From Octopus bimaculoides (Eukaryota): 64,000 bases of DNA. Of the stretch, positions 24,942 to 38,964 are shown in pieces. Position 1 is the stretch's first letter. Each line of letters begins with the position of its first letter. The DNA lies in assembly GCF_001194135.2 (NCBI RefSeq), contig NC_068984.1:67664056-67728055 (forward strand), written 5' to 3'. Below the pieces are notes generated by a model. It had not been told where the DNA came from. It was given only the letters and a program-made list of their open reading frames with translations, and did no database searches. A program made the position numbers and the translations under genes.

Positions 24942-25172
24942 AAAGTTACACCGTGTGTACACTAATTGCGCCTATTCTGTCTATTCAATCCTCTTTTTTT
25001 CCATTATGTGTCCTATATTTTTTTTAATATGAAATTTGTTATTTGTTCGATTGAGAGAGAACTTTCTCATCAACCTAAACAAATATTTTAACTTTTGTAG
25101 CAATTGAAATTCAATTTTTTAAAAGCGATACTCTAACAACCATAAAATACTTCTGTCAGCCAAGAGATAAAA
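24942..25172 (+). repeat. Direct repeat copy 2
   Basis: See 22638-22868; only a handful of substitutions by eye. Confidence 0.95.
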
Positions 25173-28100
25173 CAATGCTTTAAGTGAAAAGAGTGATTAG
25201 TCTATTTATCCAGGTTTTCTTTTATTGTTTTAGTCTGGAGGAAACTGCTGTTAACATGACTTTCGTGCGTTCGATTATATTGAAGCTGTTGAAGAGTTTC
25301 AAATAGACAGCTGTAGGAGAACGTGTGCAGGGAGGTGATGCCAGAGGTTTTACTTCTTGCAAAGAAAGGATTTAGCGTAGAGATTATTACAGAAAATCGG
25401 TAGTGGCTGTAGTGGAAACAAAATCCATTTTAAGAATTTCTATATAATGATCGGAGAATAAAATACATACTGTATCCTGTTATCCTCTCTACTTCATACG
25501 TTGCAAGTACTGTCAAACTGGACAAAATAATTTACTAGCAAAACATTTCAAATAATCAGGAATTTCCATATTTTTTTTTTAAAGACAACCCCATCTTATT
25601 GTTATTGAAGACAATGCATACAGGCCATAAAGCTCTGAAACATCATTTTCTTTGAATCTGTGTATCGAAACTGAAAGAAACTAGACAGATAGTCAGATAA
25701 TGACTCAAATAGAATAGATCGTGCGATGTGGATTAAATAGACTACAGGAGACACATATCTCACCTTACGCGTAGACGTTTACGGATCAGTTATGTAATAT
25801 TGAATTATCACTTATCCTTATTTCACATATTACTATATACGAAGTTTCTAAAATAGGATGTAAAATATTAAACGTATCTTAAAATATACGAAGTATTTCT
25901 TCTTATGTATTTTTAGTTAAAATTAATTAATTTAAAATTCTTCAATAATTATGTTAATGTGTTTAATAGAAGATAAGGCAAGATTCGTGAGTAATCAAGG
26001 ATTTCATTGCACAAGATTCATACTTTGACAAGCGATAGATGTAGGAGAAGAGGAAATGGGATTGTGTAGCATATATATTTGGCTCTAGCTCACTAGAGTT
26101 AGTGACACATATCAAGGAAATGGCTGCACCAAATTATTGTCAAAGATTCGGTTCACTAGAAACTGACCAATAGCTCGAGACATTCCTAATATTATAATCA
26201 CATTATATTGATTGATTCAAGAATTTCATTTAGGGAAAAAGGAATATGTAATAGAAGTATGCAAATGAAAAGCTAACCTCATGACCCTGTTTTCATATCC
26301 GGTATATCTATTTCACTTAAGTGAATACCATCGAATGGAATAGCTTAATAGTTATGAAATCCTATTTCTATTGCAGTCTAGATATGGGCCCTTGTATCTA
26401 TACAATAACATATCAGATGTGTTGAGAGTCATTGAATAGAAATTATCTCTGGTATATTACGGGCTGTAAGATAGTTTCTCATCTAGATAGATAATTGATG
26501 TTCCTATTCACGCTTTCCACCAATGGAACAAAACAAATCTCATAAACTGCCAAGCTTTATCTAAGATTTTATATCATAATAAAAATGTGTCGATCAACGC
26601 TTACTGGAATGAAAGAAAAAATAGAAATGGATATAACTAAAACAAAAAAGACCAACCATATTTGGTAATTTATCACTCATCGTTAAAGATTCATATAGTG
26701 GAAGTAAACATTCTTGTTTAAAACTGTAATTTCATTAAAAAATCACTTGCATGTCTTTTTTGTATTAACACAAAGTGGATAAAAGGACGAAAGAACGAAG
26801 CATTTAATTGCTATAGGTGTTTCACATCCGAGATAGTTGATTTTTCTGAAACAATACATCAAAGTTGCATTACTGAAAGCCTTGAAAAAGATCCTAAAAT
26901 TATTCTTAGGAAAGCTAGAAAACTCTGAATTGCTACAAATGGAATATCTGGGCATATTAGTTTTTGCATTTGGCTAATAAATGAACAACATCTCAAAGAA
27001 TAGCATTTTTTAGTAGCAAAGAATGCAAGTAGGATGCAAGTATTTTTATAGCTATGACGCAAAATGTTTTCAACTGAAATTTATCGTATTTTACAACTGT
27101 TGACATGCGATATATCGATGCTAACAAAATATAAAAATGTGAGTACAGAATGCACGAAACGGAACGCGATGATTCTGCGGGGAATATGATTCGTTTTCAG
27201 TGATTAATCATTCCCTATAGACTATTCGTTTCCAAATAGGCATGATGTTTGCTTCCATATAGAACGATACGATAGTTTAGAAATGTATTGACCGAAACTG
27301 ACACGATATATTCCCATTAAATTGTATTGTATTGCGGTCAGACAAAAACATTTCTGAATGTATTTACAAATTGTGAACACACATACACACATATTTTATA
27401 TGTACAGAGTGTGTGTAAATATAATTATTCCTATGACTGAGTGCTCATTTTCTTCTGTACGTACACGCGAATGTATTCATTGAATAAAATTACAACTTTG
27501 AAGTATCACTTGCGAAAAATATCAATAAATATACATTCTATGATCTACGTAACGTATACAGAGATATTCTACAAGTGTTAACGCAAGAGAGCATACAGTA
27601 TTTACCGGTACAGATGTGTAATTATGGAATGCCATACGATATAATGGAGTGATATCGGTTTCAAATTATTATGGGTAGTTAAAATATTGAATGTAAAATG
27701 TATGATAAAATTCCGTGAAAATGAAAGAGCACACAAACACAATATTATACTTGTAATTCCGATAATCAGTATGAAAAGAACTCAACAAATGGAACTGGCA
27801 GGAAGGAAAAGGTGTANNNNNNNNNNNNNNNNNNNNNNNNNNNNNNNNNNNNNNNNNNNNNNNNNNNNNNNNNNNNNNNNNNNNNNNNNNNNNNNNNNNN
27901 NNNNNNNNNNNNNNNNNNNNNNNNNNNNNNNNNNNNNNNNNNNNNNNNNNNNNNNNNNNNNNNNNNNNNNNNNNNNNNNNNNNNNNNNNNNNNNNNNNNN
28001 NNNNNNNNNNNNNNNNNNNNNNNNNNNNNNNNNNNNNNNNNNNNNNNNNNNNNNNNNNNNNNNNNNNNNNNNNNNNNNNNNNNNNNNNNNNNNNNNNNNN

Positions 28101-28256
28101 NNNNNNNNNNNNNNNNNNNNNNNNNNNNNNNNNNNNNNNNNNNNNNNNNNNNNNNNNNNNNNNNNNNNNNNNNNNNNNNNNNNNNNNNNNNNNNNNNNNN
28201 NNNNNNNNNNNNNNNNNNNNNNNNNNNNNNNNNNNNNNNNNNNNNNNNNNNNNNNN

Positions 28257-28301
<45 letters not shown>

Positions 28302-28913
28302 TATATGCATACATATATACATACATATATATACATACATTCATACATACATACACATATAAACACAAGCTCACACATAGACACATACAAATGTATAAAT
28401 AAACCTGTAAAATTCTGCGTGTGTTTGTGTATGTGCAAGATCGTGAGAACGTGTTTAAAGCGAAAACATTGCGTTCTAAAGACCTATTACAACCATTTAG
28501 AAGCAAAATATATTGTTAATTCAAATTTTGATTTTTTTCTAGGGTTTCAAAACTTCTATAACACAAATGTGACCCTATTACCGATGTTGTCCACAGCACC
28601 CATGTGCAAATTAGTAAATGGTCAATTCTTAATGTTCAAGGCATATGAGTTTTTGTATTTATGTTTCTCAGTTCCGTCTCATGATTTCTTGGTTACGCTG
28701 TTATGTACAAAGTTACAACTTCGTAAATATCGTTCCTATAATTTAACTTTGAAATTTTAATCTCTTTCCTATTGTTTTCTTTTTCTCACCAGTACGTTTA
28801 ACTATTTTGCCAATGGTATGTTTAAAAAATATCTTTTAAATTCATACAGGCTCATACAGGCTCATACACACACACACACACACACTACGCGTGCGCATAC
28901 ACATATTTTTGAA

Positions 28914-29068
28914 AGATATCACTTAAACTGCATCTGGTAGCAGGGCTCTGGTTGGGGAGTTCTAGGATTTCGAGGAGTATGGAACCACCACATAGCCTAT
29001 ATTATCCCTAGGTCAACTCAGACCTAGCGTAGTAATAGTACCTATGAGGGTTCCAAATATGGGTTAAT
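28914..29068 (+). repeat. Degenerate dispersed repeat (octopus-type SINE-like tail)
   Basis: GATATCACTTAAACTGCATCTGG...CCCTAGGTCAACTCAGACC...GTACCTATGAGGGTTCC..ATATGGG resembles a repeat recalled from octopus sequence; single copy in this window. Confidence 0.4.
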
Positions 29069-30703
29069 TATTATATGAGATGATATTCTATCTTAAAGCG
29101 AAGAAGCAGAAATATCCTTACTTGGTATTAGGGTGTGCATTAAAATCATAGGAAGTGAAGGACTGCTAGCTGTTCTCACAGCATACTTCTAGGAGTAGGA
29201 CAGTCTGATGTAAAATTTGCAATGTCACGTGATTACCAGTTATCTTGCTTTGGCCTGTGTCTAAGTAATAACCTCGGAGATTCAGAGAGTGGTACTCTCT
29301 TTATTGTGATCTCATTCGCCATCCCATCTCCTGAAAATCCTATAGCGGTAGAAGGGTGATAATGTGAGCAGACCTCGCCGGTTTGAAGCGCACACTGAGT
29401 TACAATTTGCTATCACCTATGCTTCAAAGCATACAGACCTGCTCTGGGTTTGAATATTCATCTGAGAAGTCATGGATGGGATGTCTGAAATGCCATTGAC
29501 GATGAAGTACAAAGAGATAGCAATCATTTGTTAAAGTAAGGCAATAACCATATGTACATATACATAAATATGTACGTACAGGCATACATATACACACACG
29601 CACACACACATGCATACACACACACACACACACACACACATATAGGCAATCATGTTATGCTTTCTAGCATCTAATGTGCTGCACATATCCTGCACATGTC
29701 CTGCACATGTCCTGCACACCTTCGAAACTTTAAATCATGCACAGCTGAGCCGAATTGTTATTAACTATATATATATATTATTTGTGAATTAATTCTACCA
29801 TTGATTTCATGTTAAGAAGAGTGAGAAAATATAGAAGTATCTTAGCAATTTTTCAAGCCAATCACATGGAGAAATATGTTCGCTTCTCTCTCTCCATATA
29901 TATATATGGTCAAAAATATACGAAGAATCAACGACAGATGAACGAACAACAAACAAGGTGTATTAGTTTAACGCTCACAAAAATATGGAAGACGTATTTC
30001 ATGAACCTACGCTCTTCTACAAGGAGAAATGAAGACAGAAATTGTGTAAGAAGTTCGTTGGGTGGATTGTGCTTATAATCCAAAAGAACAAGACTTGCCA
30101 AACGATGTGACGTGCTGATTCTAACTCGGAATTACATTAAGTGTACAGGCAACTGGGGAATGTCTAGCCACTTACATATAAATTCAGAAGCAGATTCTAA
30201 ACGTGACTATGCAGCTGAAAGTCACATTTCACGCCAACAACACAACCACCATAAGTAATATACTGTATATATATGTATATATAAAGAGAGACATTTACAC
30301 ACGCACACACTAATATATATATATATATANNNNNNNNNNNNNNNNNNNNNNNNNNNNNNNNNNNNNNNNNNNNNNNNNNNNNNNNNNNNNNNNNNNNNNN
30401 NNNNNNNNNNNNNNNNNNNNNNNNNNNNNNNNNNNNNNNNNNNNNNNNNNNNNNNNNNNNNNNNNNNNNNNNNNNNNNNNNNNNNNNNNNNNNNNNNNNN
30501 NNNNNNNNNNNNNNNNNNNNNNNNNNNNNNNNNNNNNNNNNNNNNNNNNNNNNNNNNNNNNNNNNNNNNNNNNNNNNNNNNNNNNNNNNNNNNNNNNNNN
30601 NNNNNNNNNNNNNNNNNNNNNNNNNNNNNNNNNNNNNNNNNNNNNNNNNNNNNNNNNNNNNNNNNNNNNNNNNATACACACACATGTACACGCACACATG
30701 CAC

Positions 30704-30748
<45 letters not shown>

Positions 30749-32135
30749 TGTACACGCACACGTGCATATATATATATATATATAGATAGATAGATATATA
30801 TAAATGTGTGTGTATAGCAGGTAACATGTTATTTATACGTTATATTTATAGACTTTTATCGTAATTAAGTTAGTTGTATTGTTATCATTTCTTGCATATG
30901 ATGTTTCAGAACTGACTCATATTATTTTGTTGGGAACCATGCTGACAGATAGTAAAGCAATATACACGTCTTGAAATCCCACTAACTGCTTTATTTGAGA
31001 AATGATGCGGGTGAGATAGCAATATTTCAGAATTTTGCAGCGCAATAATACTTAACCCACATCATCTTTAATTTAACTTACTTTCTTATCTAACAACGTG
31101 CTGTTCCGCAATACAACATAATAATGCATTGTTAAAGTTTAGAATTATTTACGTAGCTTCAACAAGAAATAAATCTGGTGTTATAATTAAACGTAGTGGG
31201 ATAAACGATAATTGTAATTCTATACGCCACTACGCATTTGAATTAGGGATATGAAAGTTTCTGAAGTATTAGTTTATGTACTCTATGTCGTACTAATGTA
31301 ATTTCGTCCCTGAAAATCTGTTCGTTTCTCTTCTGTTCAATAGCTTATTGATATCATGCAGATGTAACTGCGATCTTCAGAAAGTGTTCAGTGTTCAAAT
31401 TTGGTCTTTCATGTGTAAATCCATTAATTCTGTTTTAGTTTACTAATAATTTGGATACGAGATAATGCGATCGCACATGTATGTATTGTTACTAATTCTC
31501 TCAGTTCTGATTTTATGTAAACAGATGCATGGTATTTCTTCAAACGAAATCTACATAGTAATATACTTATCATTGATTTAGAAATGGTGTATGTGCTGTA
31601 AGCCCCTGGCAGCATACTTCAATAGATATGTGTGTACAACATCATTAATATTTACGTTAAGGTAGTATTAACATTTTATATCAATACTTGGTTCTGTTGC
31701 AACCCTCAGTAATTAGTTGTGTACTATACGCTTATACATTAATAGTTTAATAAATTCTTATACATATAATCGAGTCTCTAGTAATTTTTCTTAGTAAGAG
31801 GTATGAAAAATGAATATCATCACAGTTAGGTTTCAATCCTGGGAGAAACTCATTATCTTACAGTCCAATTTTTTAGGTATCATGTTTTTTCACATTTTGA
31901 TCATGGAATAAATATGCACATTATTATACTTATGCTTCAAATTATATCCATGCCTCAAAGTGCTAATGGATTAGATACTTGCAACCCCATTGGTTTACGA
32001 TTTAAAATATTGTGCTATTAGTTACAGACCAAACCTGAAGCAAAAGAAAGATAGGGCTACGTTTTATGCCCGAATGAAAAGAAATATTTACCTACTAGTA
32101 GATTAAATGTACTTTCCAATACATTATAAACTGCA

Positions 32136-32170
32136 GCTTACCTGAAATATATAAGAAAATAATTAAGCTC
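32136..32170 (-). other. Candidate recursive splice site; junction 32142/32141
   Basis: Minus strand ...GCTTAATTATTTTCTTATATATTTCAG|GTAAGC, with branch-like CTTAAT about 25 nt upstream. Confidence 0.5.
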
Positions 32171-33427
32171 AAAGTAATAAATCAAATAATTCAATAGATT
32201 ATATGACTATAGCATTGAAAAATGTTATGATGTAATATTTTAAAATTACTTCAATAAAATTATATCAAACTATTTAAATAATTTTTTACTGAATATGTAA
32301 TGTAGTAATCATATATTGTAAGCTTACAATTTCCTTCGCATCTCTGAATTTAACATATTGGAAAATATAATATCCCGAAGGATTGAAGATATCTTTATAC
32401 TTGAAAGTTATTCAACATACAATAAAATATATTTTGGTCATACAACATTCGGTCATACAATATATACTCTAAAATATGTTTTTAAAAACTTTGAGTTGCT
32501 TTCCTATATACCTGGGATTCATCGGTATTGTATCACCAAAGGTGTCTTGTCTTTGTAAAATATATTGGGAAAGCAAGATATGTTCATAATACAAAACCTA
32601 GGAATATAGAAGAATAAACATGAAATTTGTTGGATCATTCGATATAAGCTATTAGCAATGATTTACTTTCATGCAATAATTCCGGGCTACATTACAAATG
32701 TATAAAGAATCATATACTGCTGAAAAAGGGGACACGATAATGTGGGGTACATTGAAAGAATAGTTATTCTCTATGTTCCTCGCATACAATCAATAACAGT
32801 TGTTGTCATTTAAGGGAAATACTAGAAAGAAAACAGAAAAAAAAAGAACTGCAAGAACTATCGGTAAATGACATAATTATGCGAGAAAATCTGCATGCTT
32901 GTATAGAGAATTTGTAAAAATATTTGAATTTCTAGAAAATATCAGTAAGAATACACTGATTAAATATCAGTTTCAGGCATTCTATAATGGAAGAATTCAC
33001 CATTTTTCTGAATTCCATTTTTGTGAATTAGGCATTCGCAAGAAAATCTGTGAATAGAAGCCAAGGTTTGTTGTAGATCTAGGCATGTTTATTCGCTGTC
33101 TACAAAGAAAGCCGCTATTGAATTTTTTCGGAAAATCATCACATGCGATGACATCTGCAGCATTGGTTTGTAGAATCAATATAATAAACTTGCATTAATC
33201 GATAAGAATCACCAATCACGAGATTTGCGGATGCATACACATGTTTTTATCTCTGACACTTCTTTAAATAGCCATTCACATAGTTGCAAGTAGTGTTACC
33301 AAAACAAAAGCTTCGTGTATAGCAAATATACGTAAAACTGAATTCAGTGATTTCTTAGCAAAACTTTTGCTAATTTTACAGATAACGTTTTAAATATTGG
33401 TATCGGTGCTGTATGTATCTATATAAT

Positions 33428-33513
33428 GTTGCTATATACTCATTCAAATACAACTACAAATATATGTATATATGTGGATGTGTTGCTATATACTCATATA
33501 AATACAGATACAA

Positions 33514-33604
<91 letters not shown>

Positions 33605-33620
33605 TGTGTGTGTGTGTGTA
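33428..33620 (+). repeat. 53-bp-period tandem duplication followed by (TA)n(TG)n
   Basis: TGTTGCTATATACTCAT...AAATACA...ACAAATATAT at 33428 and 33481. Confidence 0.85.
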
Positions 33621-34188
33621 TGTGTATCATTATAAACAAAGTTTAGAGGCGCTCGGTATGTTGGTATTTCACTGACAAGGAAGTAAATTTCGATTGCAGC
33701 ATAGTTGTCAAAACTGACAAGATTGGGTATTTACAATTAGAAAACAACAAAAAAGTTACCAGCAGGCGCCTGCGGTAAATCGGACACTGTATCTCTTGGA
33801 TTCTGACTGCGTATTCCGTACCATACCTGTAAGCAGTCCTTTACAACAATTACTGTCAATTTTACATAAATAAATACATATATACATACATACATAAACT
33901 ACAATTCAGAACTATAAACCACATGTTTTTATTAAAGTTATTTAGAAATTTAGCTCTGCATTCAAGTGGACTAAAGGGCACAATATATTTTACATGGGTA
34001 GTTTTTGTGTACTTTGAAATGTAAACGTTGTGTCTTTATCACATTACAACACCTGATTTTCCATTTTTCCCTAGCATATCAACACGTCAAAACTATAAAG
34101 TCATTAATACATTTTCTTTCCTTCCCAGATTGTTTCAGAAAATATTCGACTGAATCGTATTCACCGTGATCGAGATTACATTTCCTGT

Positions 34189-35155
34189 ATGCCTAAAGCC
34201 ATAAAGATCTCCGAAGTTGAGCAAAGGAAGATTCTGGTGCTGGAAGCAAGAGGAATGAGTAACTCGAAGATTGCCAAGAAGACTCAACCAAGCAGAACGC
34301 CAGTGGACAATTTTGTGAAAGGTCCTGATGGCTACAACAGTGTTCATGCTGGTGGACATCCCAAGGTTAGATCAGATTTTTGGACGAAAGTGCCACAGTC
34401 AGAGCTGTACAGAAGTCACGCTGCTCTTGTTTCCAGAATCAAGGCATCAGAAGGACTAGGAGCCTTGACATCCACCCTAAGAAGAGTGGTTTGGAACCAT
34501 GGTTTCTATATGAAGAAGCAGCTAGGGCGTTCGTTAGTGTCCCCTTCTCACAAAGCTGTTAGATTGGAGTTTGCTCGGCAGCATCAGACGTAGGATGGTG
34601 AATGGATCAGGGTTCTGTTCTCTGAATGGATTTGGATGGCCTCGACAGTTCCAGGTATTGCTGGACAGATAAACGTATACAAAACTTTACTTGTTCAATG
34701 TGGCAGAACAGTGCGGGAGGTCTTATGGTGTGAGGAGCAATATCTTCCAATGGGAGGCCGCCACTTGTCATCATGGATGGCCAGTTAATGCTGCACGATA
34801 TATTGATATGTTGGACAGGGCTCATATTGGAGAAGGAAGAAGGTTCCATAGTGAGAACTTTATATTTCAATAGTACAATGCTCCTATTCATTTGTATTTC
34901 CCCCATGTAATTAGGGTTGAAGTCAAGCCATGGTTAGCAAGAAGTTCCGATCTAAATCCAATTTAGAATTCCTGGGGATATCTCACGAATGTTGTGTACA
35001 GCGAAGCCGAACAATATCCATCCGTTGATGAACTTCTAATGGCAATAAAAAAGGCTTGGAAAGAGTTTCCACTTCATCTGCTGCAAAAGTTGATTGAAAG
35101 CATAAAATCGTGTGCTTTGAAGTAATTCAGAAAGTTGGTGGTCAAACACGATGTG
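34189..35155 (+). pseudogene. Tc1/Tc3-like DD34E transposase pseudogene
   Basis: MPKAIKISEVEQRKILVL...HKAVRLEFARQHQT, W.RVLFS, GRSYGV / NAARYIDML, FQ*YNAPIH, W.ARSSDLNPI*NSWG, KKAWKEF, FEVIQKVGG; several stops and frameshifts. TIRs not confidently identified. Confidence 0.88.
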
Positions 35156-35460
35156 GTTCTGGCTTTGTATGCCTTTTTGAATTATATTAAATTTTTTTTT
35201 TCAATTAATTTGAATATTGGAATGCTTTCTGCTATTCAATTTCGTATCTGGAGATGAGTTTCATGAATTTGGGTAGTATAGTCCGCCAGAAAAAAAAATA
35301 CAGACAATGCTCTGGCTTTATAGTCGTGAAGAACAGCTTACATACATACATACCTACTAAAAGCGTTTTAAAATGCTTCGAAACAATACTCGATATTGTT
35401 TGTCAAATTCTGTTCAATAATATATGTATGTATGTGTTTGTGTGTGTATGTATGTATATA

Positions 35461-35505
<45 letters not shown>

Positions 35506-38500
35506 NNNNNNNNNNNNNNNNNNNNNNNNNNNNNNNNNNNNNNNNNNNNNNNNNNNNNNNNNNNNNNNNNNNNNNNNNNNNNNNNNNNNNNNNNNNNNNN
35601 NNNNNNNNNNNNNNNNNNNNNNNNNNNNNNNNNNNNNNNNNNNNNNNNNNNNNNNNNNNNNNNNNNNNNNNNNNNNNNNNNNNNNNNNNNNNNNNNNNNN
35701 NNNNNNNNNNNNNNNNNNNNNNNNNNNNNNNNNNNNNNNNNNNNNNNNNNNNNNNNNNNNNNNNNNNNNNNNNNNNNNNNNNNNNNNNNNNNNNNNNNNN
35801 NNNNNNNNNNNNNNNNNNNNNNNNNNNNNNNNNNNNNNNNNNNNNNNNNNNNNNNNNNNNNNNNNNNNNNNNNNNNNNNNNNNNNNNNNNNNNNNNNNNN
35901 NNNNNNNNNNNNNNNNNNNNNNNNNNNNNNNNNNNNNNNNNNNNNNNNNNNNNNNNNNNNNNNNNNNNNNNNNNNNNNNNNNNNNNNNNNNNNNNNNNNN
36001 NNNNNNNNNNNNNNNNNNNNNNNNNNNNNNNNNNNNNNNNNNNNNNNNNNNNNNNNNNNNNNNNNNNNNNNNNNNNNNNNNNNNNNNNNNNNNNNNNNNN
36101 NNNNNNNNNNNNNNNNNNNNNNNNNNNNNNNNNNNNNNNNNNNNNNNNNNNNNNNNNNNNNNNNNNNNNNNNNNNNNNNNNNNNNNNNNNNNNNNNNNNN
36201 NNNNNNNNNNNNNNNNNNNNNNNNNNNNNNNNNNNNNNNNNNNNNNNNNNNNNNNNNNNNNNNNNNNNNNNNNNNNNNNNNNNNNNNNNNNNNNNNNNNN
36301 NNNNNNNNNNNNNNNNNNNNNNNNNNNNNNNNNNNNNNNNNNNNNNNNNNNNNNNNNNNNNNNNNNNNNNNNNNNNNNNNNNNNNNNNNNNNNNNNNNNN
36401 NNNNNNNNNNNNNNNNNNNNNNNNNNNNNNNNNNNNNNNNNNNNNNNNNNNNNNNNNNNNNNNNNNNNNNNNNNNNNNNNNNNNNNNNNNGTATACAAAT
36501 TTAATCTGCGATCCATGGGACGAGCCGTTTTAACGATGCGTCCTGCCCAAGCTCGTCGAAACGCCGGTGTTAAAACGTGGGTAGCTGATGAAGTAGAATG
36601 TTCTCTATGTGGCTCGTGTGTTCTCGTCTACGTTTGTTTGCTATGTCCTGTACCCAGATATGCCCCTATACATACAGGTGGATGTCGGTATGCACATACC
36701 TGTACGTATATATGCATATACTCATTTACTATTTGTTTTTATATATATATATATAGTTGTTTTCTTAAGTGTATTATCAACATAAACGCATTTCATGGAT
36801 TATTGGATAAAATTATATTTACAATAATACTTCTTAGATGGGTATTACAATAGCAAACTTTATTTTAAAAGTTAACCATCCGACCGAAAAGATAGTACTG
36901 TTAAAAAACCATGTTTTCAAACAGAACCAGCTGTAAGAGATAAGAGTAAGCCTGAAAGTAATATCTTGCTACGCGTGTTCGCTCGTTCAAAATATAGTTT
37001 TCCTCCTAATATGATGTGTATAATAAAAATGAGAGCATCCTATAGTGTTTTAATAATGAATTAGCAATGATATTTTAATAAAGCTTTATCTATACAATTT
37101 TAATAAGATGGCATTTTCGAAAAATATAGATGTATTTTTAATTTGATTTAAAATACGACAGTATAAAATATCTCATGTATTAAATGTTAGAGCTCATTAA
37201 TAAATCTACTGTTTTTAGTAAAACATATTTCGGATGAGATGAAGTCTCAACAATAGAAAGTCTTTGACATATACAGCCCATGAAATATTAAATTCAGTAT
37301 GGGCAATTAAAACCGTACTTAATTTCAGCTTTCACACACTTTAGTACTCAGACCACTTAATGCAATGTATCTTGAACAAATTAGAGCAGAATTCTTTCAT
37401 CTATATGGAAAGTGGATTTCAGTTCCCAGATAAAGATTTAATAAGAAATATTTTTCAATATTAGTAAAGTCTACTTCACAAATATTAACCATTCTCACAA
37501 GTTTAAAAAATATATTACACACCCAAGAAATACTAAACCTAAGTGCTTAAACTCTATATACAGACAATCTTGATCACATAAAAGTGCTTAACGACTAAAT
37601 ATCTCGAAGTCGCCTTACAGCACAATCCAACCTCTATCTCAGAGGTTCTTTTATATGAGAGCTCGACTAATAATGTTGTAATGTTATTACAGTGGCCTGT
37701 TACCTTGGAAACCGGTTTGTCTCGTACTAGCTCTATTCAGTTTTTTTCCCGGCTCACTTGTCTCCCCGCCCCGATCTGCGCCCATAATAATTCGCCTTGT
37801 GATTTCCTTCAGAAAGTTAGTTCTCTCTGAAATATTCTCTTTTCCCTTGCATTCCATTCAGTGATTCCTCTGAAGATGTTTAACAGAAACATGAACTGCG
37901 TCTATTTTGTTGTAAAGGTCATGAGTACAGCTTCTTCCTCTCAACTAATCCAATAAAAATTAATATGTACAATATTTATTAACTATTTTCAGCGATGTGC
38001 AACCTAGCTTCTCGTCCCGATAGACGTGGCGCATCAGTAAGTATAGTTATCTAAACATCAAATTTTCAGTTAAATGCTGCTTCCAACATAAAATAGTGCA
38101 TACATCTTCAATAACAAAGATGAGAATAAGTTCTCAAAGTTTGGTAAACTCTAATGGTTAGTTCCTTTAAGTGCTAAGTCCCTTAATGGTTAACTCCTTT
38201 CATTCACTCTGTCATGGGAAAAACACAAGTCTGTATTATACTACACTCCACAACGATAATCCCTGGCACGAGCGGTAAGCTAAATCAAAACGGTCCAATG
38301 TCTACTGCTCGCCTAATTTCTACTACTGTATACACTGTTTTTTCTCAGTCCGAGATCACTTCACCTTGACTATTTGTGCTTATACTTCATAAATATTTCT
38401 ACAGCAACATCCCACTACCACTATTTCGTATTACGTGTGAATATACTCTGTACACATCTTTAACATGCTCATAAAGAAAACGTTGTATAGTGTATGGACA

Positions 38501-38869
38501 ATCACTTCAAGTGTTATCTGTAGATATCACATTGACATTTTCGAGCAGTGCTGAAGACTTGGGACACATCTAGGTATTAATTCCAGAAAATATTTACTGA
38601 TTTGGATATCTGGTTGTTATGCCTGCTTCCTATTTACATTTTTGCAGTATGTATTTTCTCAATTCCTGTTCCTGAGATACAAAACTTTACACTTCAACAT
38701 CAATGACAAATTACCGCATGCTCTAGTTAGACATGTTACAGTCACTGTAGCTGGCTTTCTGACAGAAAAAAAAATTCATCTAATGTTCTGTTGTTGTAGA
38801 GATTTAGAATTATGTATAAATGTATGTATGCGTGTTTGTTAGAACGACCTAAATCAGACTCTCGAACAG

Positions 38870-38913
<44 letters not shown>

Positions 38914-38922
38914 ACACACACA

Positions 38923-38964
<42 letters not shown>

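Noticed and set aside
22638-25172. Repeated segments as a CRISPR-like array or prokaryotic system
   Set aside because: No regularly spaced repeat-spacer units or operon-like ORFs; the DNA is clearly eukaryotic.
33895-35345. Possible TIRs for the Tc1-like relic (TTCAGAACTATAAACC vs reverse TTCACGACTATAAAGCC)
   Set aside because: Similarity too short and degenerate to set element ends.
36513-36592. GACGAGC/GCTCGTC stem followed by GAAA-CGCCGGTG-T and a later CTGATGA (hammerhead-like pieces)
   Set aside because: No CUGANGA precedes the stem, and the downstream CTGATGA cannot close stems I and II; at most a Penelope relic.
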